A stretch of 64,000 nucleotides of DNA from an uncultured Methanomassiliicoccaceae archaeon (lineage in GTDB: Archaea > Thermoplasmatota > Thermoplasmata > Methanomassiliicoccales > JACIVX01). The translations under genes were made by a program, and so were the position numbers. Location: assembly GCA_964544915.1 (NCBI GenBank), contig CAZJDY010000017.1:6906-70905 (forward strand). The letters are read 5' to 3'. The notes beneath the pieces are model-generated. The model was not told the origin of the DNA. It saw only the letters and a program-made list of their open reading frames with translations, and did not search any database. This document shows positions 59,808 to 64,000 of the stretch, in pieces. Numbering within the stretch: the stretch's first letter is position 1; every line of letters starts with the position of its first letter.

Positions 59808-60755
59808 CTATTCCCACTCTATCGTTGCCGGCGGCTTGTTGGTTACGTCGTATACCACGCGGTTCACCTTGTCCTTCATCTCGTTCGTTATCCTGACCGA
59901 AATCGTCTCCAGGACCTCATGCGGTATCTTCGAATATTCGGCGCTCATCCCGTCGATCGAATCGACAGCCCTGATCGCTATCGTCCGTCCGTAGGCTCTT
60001 CTGTCGCCGTGCACCCCGACAGACCTGACGGGCAGCAGAACGGCGAAGCATTGCCACGGCCTTTCCATCTTGCCCTGATCGGACGCCTTCTCCAGCTCCT
60101 CTTCCACGATGGCGCAGGCGTTCCTGACGATCTCCGCGGCTTCCGGGGTGACCTCGTCCATTATCCTTATTGCGAAAGCGGGGCCGGGGAACGGCTGACG
60201 CTCCGAGACCTCGACCCCCAGATGCCTCGCGACCTTCCTGACCTCGTCCTTGTACAAGTCCCGCATCGGCTCGACGAGCTTCAGTCTCATGTCACTCGGC
60301 AAACCGCCGACGTTGTGATGGCTCTTAATCGTGTCCCTCAGCTTATCTCCGCTCTCTATCCAGTCGGGAGCTATCGTCCCCTGAACGAGATACTCAGCAT
60401 TGAATTCCCTCGCGGCCCTTTCGAAGATCCTGATGAATCTCTCCCCGATGATCTTCCTCTTCCTCTCTGGTTCAACAATCCCTTTCAGCGCCTCGAAGAA
60501 CTCGTCCGAGGCGTCTATAACCTTGAAGTTCACGCCGAGGTTCTCCAACATGTCCGAGACGGCGGCGGTCTCGCCCTTTCTCATGAGTCCGGTGTCAACG
60601 TAAATCGCGAGCAGCCTGTCCCCTATCGCACGGCTCACAAGAACGGCGGCGGTGGCGCTGTCGACGCCTCCCGAGCAGGCGATTATTGCCCTTCCAGGTA
60701 TCGATCTCTTCAGCTCATCCCCCGCTTCCTTGACGAATGCTCCAGCGTCGAACAT
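59808..60755 (-). CDS. guaAB: GMP synthase subunit B (ATP pyrophosphatase)
   Basis: SGGVDS, KSHHNVGGLP, PFPGPA and KPPATIEWE motifs. Confidence 0.96.
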   Translation of the reverse strand: MFDAGAFVKEAGDELKRSIPGRAIIACSGGVDSATAAVLVSRAIGDRLLAIYVDTGLMRKGETAAVSDMLENLGVNFKVIDASDEFFEALKGIVEPERKRKIIGERFIRIFERAAREFNAEYLVQGTIAPDWIESGDKLRDTIKSHHNVGGLPSDMRLKLVEPMRDLYKDEVRKVARHLGVEVSERQPFPGPAFAIRIMDEVTPEAAEIVRNACAIVEEELEKASDQGKMERPWQCFAVLLPVRSVGVHGDRRAYGRTIAIRAVDSIDGMSAEYSKIPHEVLETISVRITNEMKDKVNRVVYDVTNKPPATIEWE

Positions 60756-61222
60756 TACCTGTGCAACTCCTCGGAGTCCCGCTCCACCTGGTCGGCCATC
60801 TCCTTTCTATACTCCACAAGCTCGCCCCGGATCCTTTCGTCCCCAATCGCCAGCATCTCAAGGGCGAGCAGGGCAGCGTTGTCCCCCCTATCCAGGCCCA
60901 CCGCCGCGACGGGTATTCCAGGGGGCATTTGGACTATAGAGAGTATCGAATCGATGTTCACCTTGCCGCTCACCGGTACGCCGATCACGGGCTTTATCGT
61001 AATCGACGCAATCGAACCAGGAAGGGCGGCGGACAGGCCAGCAATCGCGATGAAAATCTTCGCGTCGCACCCCAGGACGAGGTTATTCACGCGGTCCGGT
61101 GTTCTGTGCGCGGAAGCGACCGACATCTCAGCAGTGACGCCGAACCGGCGCAACAATTGGATCGCCTTCTCACCCACCGGGGCATCGCTCTTGCTGCCCA
61201 GGATGACGAGGACGTCAGGCAT
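60755..61222 (-). CDS. purE: AIR carboxylase / N5-CAIR mutase PurE
   Basis: GSKSD, SAHRTP, PVIGVP and [12 protein letters not shown] motifs. Confidence 0.95.
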   Translation of the reverse strand: MPDVLVILGSKSDAPVGEKAIQLLRRFGVTAEMSVASAHRTPDRVNNLVLGCDAKIFIAIAGLSAALPGSIASITIKPVIGVPVSGKVNIDSILSIVQMPPGIPVAAVGLDRGDNAALLALEMLAIGDERIRGELVEYRKEMADQVERDSEELHR

Positions 61223-61289
61223 GATGCCACAGACAATGCTGTCAGGATAAAAGAATTTCGCGGAAGAAGAAAAAGGAAGGGAGTTGCGA

Positions 61290-61583
61290 TCAGGATTTCA
61301 TTATCGCCAGAAGGAACGCGCCCACGGCGATGAGAGCCCCAATGACCGCAGCCAGTATGTTTATGAATGCTGTCCAGACCACATCGGCGACCTCAACGTT
61401 AATCGTGCCCGTGAATCCGGCCAGGTACACCCAAAGGATTCCAACCACGAGACCGATGATAAGCAGCACCACGCCTATCGTCCTGCTCTTACCGCTTCCG
61501 AAGTAGGCAGTAAAGGCTCCAGCCAGAACCATGAATAGGCCGAAGGTCAACAAGAGCACCGTCAGGAAACTTTCCCAGTCCAT
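61290..61583 (-). CDS. Small three-TM membrane protein
   Basis: Three hydrophobic segments; YFGSGKSR loop. Confidence 0.7.
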   Translation of the reverse strand: MDWESFLTVLLLTFGLFMVLAGAFTAYFGSGKSRTIGVVLLIIGLVVGILWVYLAGFTGTINVEVADVVWTAFINILAAVIGALIAVGAFLLAIMKS

Positions 61584-61612
61584 TTTTTATCACCCGTGTC
61601 TCATTTTTCTCC

Positions 61613-61846
61613 TCAGAACTTGATACCAGTTAATGTCTTCGTATCTATGACTCCGGGGATCGACCGAATCTTGTCCACCACCACCTGCCCGAGGAGATTG
61701 AAGTCCTCCGCCTCAATCTTCGCGATGAGATCGTACTCTCCGAACAATGGGTGAAGCTCCACAACCTCCTTCACCTTTAGCAGTTCGTTGTAGACCTCAT
61801 GCTCCTTGGCGGGCGCAGTGCTAATCAGGACAAACCCCACAGCCAT
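61613..61846 (-). CDS. Lrp/AsnC ligand-binding-domain protein (no HTH)
   Basis: LFGEYDLIAKIEA...IPGVIDTKTL pattern. Confidence 0.88.
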   Translation of the reverse strand: MAVGFVLISTAPAKEHEVYNELLKVKEVVELHPLFGEYDLIAKIEAEDFNLLGQVVVDKIRSIPGVIDTKTLTGIKF

Positions 61847-61958
61847 ACATACACCCTGTGGCCCCATTACGGTTTTTTCGGTCTTAAACCTTTCGTTGGA
61901 TGTCAGCTGCTGAATCGAGACATAGCTTCGGATAAGGAAAGTCTGGCATCGATAGGAT

Positions 61959-62882
61959 TCACAGGCGGCGGAACTCTTGATCCGCCCTCTCCAGCACTTG
62001 GTCCCACGTCGGGATGTTGGTCAGGGACCCGACCGACTCTACAACGAACGATGCGGTCGAGCTGCCAAGAACCGCGCATTCCCGTACGGAGTAGCCTCTG
62101 AACTTGCCCGCATAAAAACCGGCTCTGAACGCGTCCCCGGCCCCAGTGGTGTCGACTATTCTCGCAGGGGTGACCGCAGGGATCTCGTAGACTCCGCCAG
62201 GACAGTAGATGATGCTGCCTTTCGACCCCCGCGTGTTGACCAACATGCCCACCGTCTTCAGCAACTGCACTGACTTCGTTACTCCCATATATCCCATCGC
62301 AATCCGCAACTCGTTCTCGTTCGCGAAGAAGGTATCGCAAAGAGGAAGCGCCTTCCTGAACGTCTCCTCATTCCATATGTGGTGTATCTCCTGCGAAGGG
62401 TCGAAAGAAATGTGCTTCTTTAGCTTCCTGCACTGGCTCATGACCTTGACGTAGTAGTTCGGCCGGCCAGTGCATATGTGCACCACCTCCGCCTCTCTCG
62501 CCGCCTCCATTCTCGGCTCGAACCTGTCCATTTCCCGCATCGGGCCCTGATAGACGTAAGCGATCTGGTTATGCGTCGAATCCGAGACTATCCAGACCGT
62601 CGGAGTCTCGCATCCGTCAACGGAAACGAGTTCTTTCAGGTCGACTCCTTTGCCTTCCATGAACTCGCGGAAGTCCGTCGGCAAATCCCTGCCGACGAAG
62701 GAGCAGAGCGCTGTCGGGACTCCGAGCGTGGCAGCGATTGTGGCCATATTTGCTCCCGTCCCGCCGAAGAAACGCTTCTTCTCTATCACGTCGACGGATG
62801 TGTTCGGTTCCGGCAAACGTTCTAGAGCTATGACGTAATCGAGCGCCGTATGGCCGTAGACGCAGAGATACGGACGGGCCAT
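61959..62882 (-). CDS. PfkB-family carbohydrate/nucleoside kinase
   Basis: FGGTGAN and DTTGAGDAFRAGF motifs. Confidence 0.92.
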   Translation of the reverse strand: MARPYLCVYGHTALDYVIALERLPEPNTSVDVIEKKRFFGGTGANMATIAATLGVPTALCSFVGRDLPTDFREFMEGKGVDLKELVSVDGCETPTVWIVSDSTHNQIAYVYQGPMREMDRFEPRMEAAREAEVVHICTGRPNYYVKVMSQCRKLKKHISFDPSQEIHHIWNEETFRKALPLCDTFFANENELRIAMGYMGVTKSVQLLKTVGMLVNTRGSKGSIIYCPGGVYEIPAVTPARIVDTTGAGDAFRAGFYAGKFRGYSVRECAVLGSSTASFVVESVGSLTNIPTWDQVLERADQEFRRL

Positions 62883-64000
62883 CAGGTCCCCTCTTGCCAT
62901 CCGGTGAGATACTTCCTTTGCCCCGGCGTCAGCGTATCGATTTTCGTTCCCATTGTCTTCAGCTTCAGGCGAGCGACTTGATCGTCGATCTCCCCGGGAA
63001 CATTATACACCCCCGGCTTCATCTCCCGATAGTGCTGAGTCAGGTGCTCGATAGACAGGGCCTGTATTGAGAAGCTCATGTCCATGATCTCGACGGGATG
63101 CCCCTGACCGGCCCCGAGGTTCATCAGCCTGCCCTCGCAAAGCAGGTATGCTTTCCTTCCGTCCGGAAAGCTGTACTCGTCTATGAACTCCCTGACCTTT
63201 CGAGGTTTCCCGGCATACTCATCCAACGACCGCTTCGAAATCTCATTGTCGAAGTGCCCAGAGTTCCCAAGGACGCACCCATCCTTGAGGCCATCCAGGT
63301 GCTCACCCCTGACGGCGTCCTTGCAGCCGGTCGCGGAAATTATCATGTCCGCCACCTTGACCGCCTCGGTCATCGGCATGACCTCGAATCCGTCCATGAT
63401 CGCTTCGATCGCTCTGACAGGATTCACCTCGGTAACGATCACGAGCGCCCCCAGGCCCCTCGCTCTCATAGCTATGCCACGCCCGCACCATCCGTAGCCC
63501 GCCACGACAAGCTTCTTCCCGGCAACTAGGAGGTTCGTGGCCGTCATCCAGCCGTCGAAGGTCGATTGCCCTGTGCCATATCGATTATCGAAAAGGAACT
63601 TCATGTGCGCGTCGTTCACGGAGATTACGGGAAACTTGAGCTGGCCATGTTCGGCCATGGACCTTAGTCTGACGACCCCCGTGGTCGTCTCTTCGTTCGC
63701 ACCTTTGACACAGGAGAGCAGATTCTTCCTGTCGGCGTGGACCATTGTGATTAGGTCGGCGCCGTCATCGATAAGGAAATCCGGTCCAAGGTCCAGGACT
63801 GAATTCAGATTGCCGTAGTACTCCTCGGTCGTCTCCCACTTCTTGGCGTAGACCTCCAGGCCGTAATGTTCGCGCAGCGCCAAGGAGACCGAGTCATCGG
63901 TAGAGAGGGGATTGCAGCTGGCCAGGCGGACCGTTGCCCCAGCCTCGGCAAGGGCGACGGCCAGTATGCCAGTCTTCGCCTCGACGTGGAGCGCCATCCC
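62882..64000 (-). CDS. ahcY: Adenosylhomocysteinase (5'-truncated by window edge)
   Basis: EETTTG, FDNRYGTGQS, GYGWCGRG and GHPVEIMDMSF motifs. Confidence 0.96.
   Translation of the reverse strand, partial: GMALHVEAKTGILAVALAEAGATVRLASCNPLSTDDSVSLALREHYGLEVYAKKWETTEEYYGNLNSVLDLGPDFLIDDGADLITMVHADRKNLLSCVKGANEETTTGVVRLRSMAEHGQLKFPVISVNDAHMKFLFDNRYGTGQSTFDGWMTATNLLVAGKKLVVAGYGWCGRGIAMRARGLGALVIVTEVNPVRAIEAIMDGFEVMPMTEAVKVADMIISATGCKDAVRGEHLDGLKDGCVLGNSGHFDNEISKRSLDEYAGKPRKVREFIDEYSFPDGRKAYLLCEGRLMNLGAGQGHPVEIMDMSFSIQALSIEHLTQHYREMKPGVYNVPGEIDDQVARLKLKTMGTKIDTLTPGQRKYLTGWQEGT

Overview
Core-genome window from a GC-rich (roughly 55-60% by eye) archaeon. It is most likely a member of the Thermoplasmatota. 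This is inferred from the N-terminally extended RpoA2, unsplit RpoB, giant AglB and AsnRS; no methanogenesis genes are seen. Contents from left to right: a >2060-aa AglB oligosaccharyltransferase running off the left edge and missing from the ORF track; pyrF; the rpoH-B-A1-A2-L30e-nusA operon; an intron-interrupted tRNA-Lys(UUU); a Zn-finger/EF-1beta pair; malic enzyme; priL; truA and trmJ; a 6-kb locus with three ftsZ genes, a tandem-RHH CdrS-like regulator and tbp; secE-spt5-L11-L1-L10-L12; cdc6, gcvT, asnS and an acyl-CoA dehydrogenase; tRNA-Gly(CCC) followed by a small accessory islet (BspA-like LRR protein, SagB-type oxidoreductase, VOC protein, CPA2 antiporter); a P-type ATPase, rtcA and PAC2; and a purine/nucleoside cluster (guaAA, guaAB, purE, PfkB kinase, ahcY). 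The most striking signal is the tRNA-Lys gene, which carries two BHB-like introns at non-canonical positions (D-loop 20/21 and T-loop 59/60). That architecture is typical of Thermoproteales rather than Thermoplasmatota and implies a broad-specificity splicing endonuclease. Other notable items are the triple-ftsZ locus with a tandem ftsZ1 duplication, an Spt5 with a ~150-aa N-terminal beta-rich extension, an L1-binding leader, and an integrase-less LRR islet bounded by an 11-bp repeat of the tRNA-Gly 3' end. No CRISPR array, transposase or integrase was seen. All protein calls rest on manual motif recognition, not database searches.
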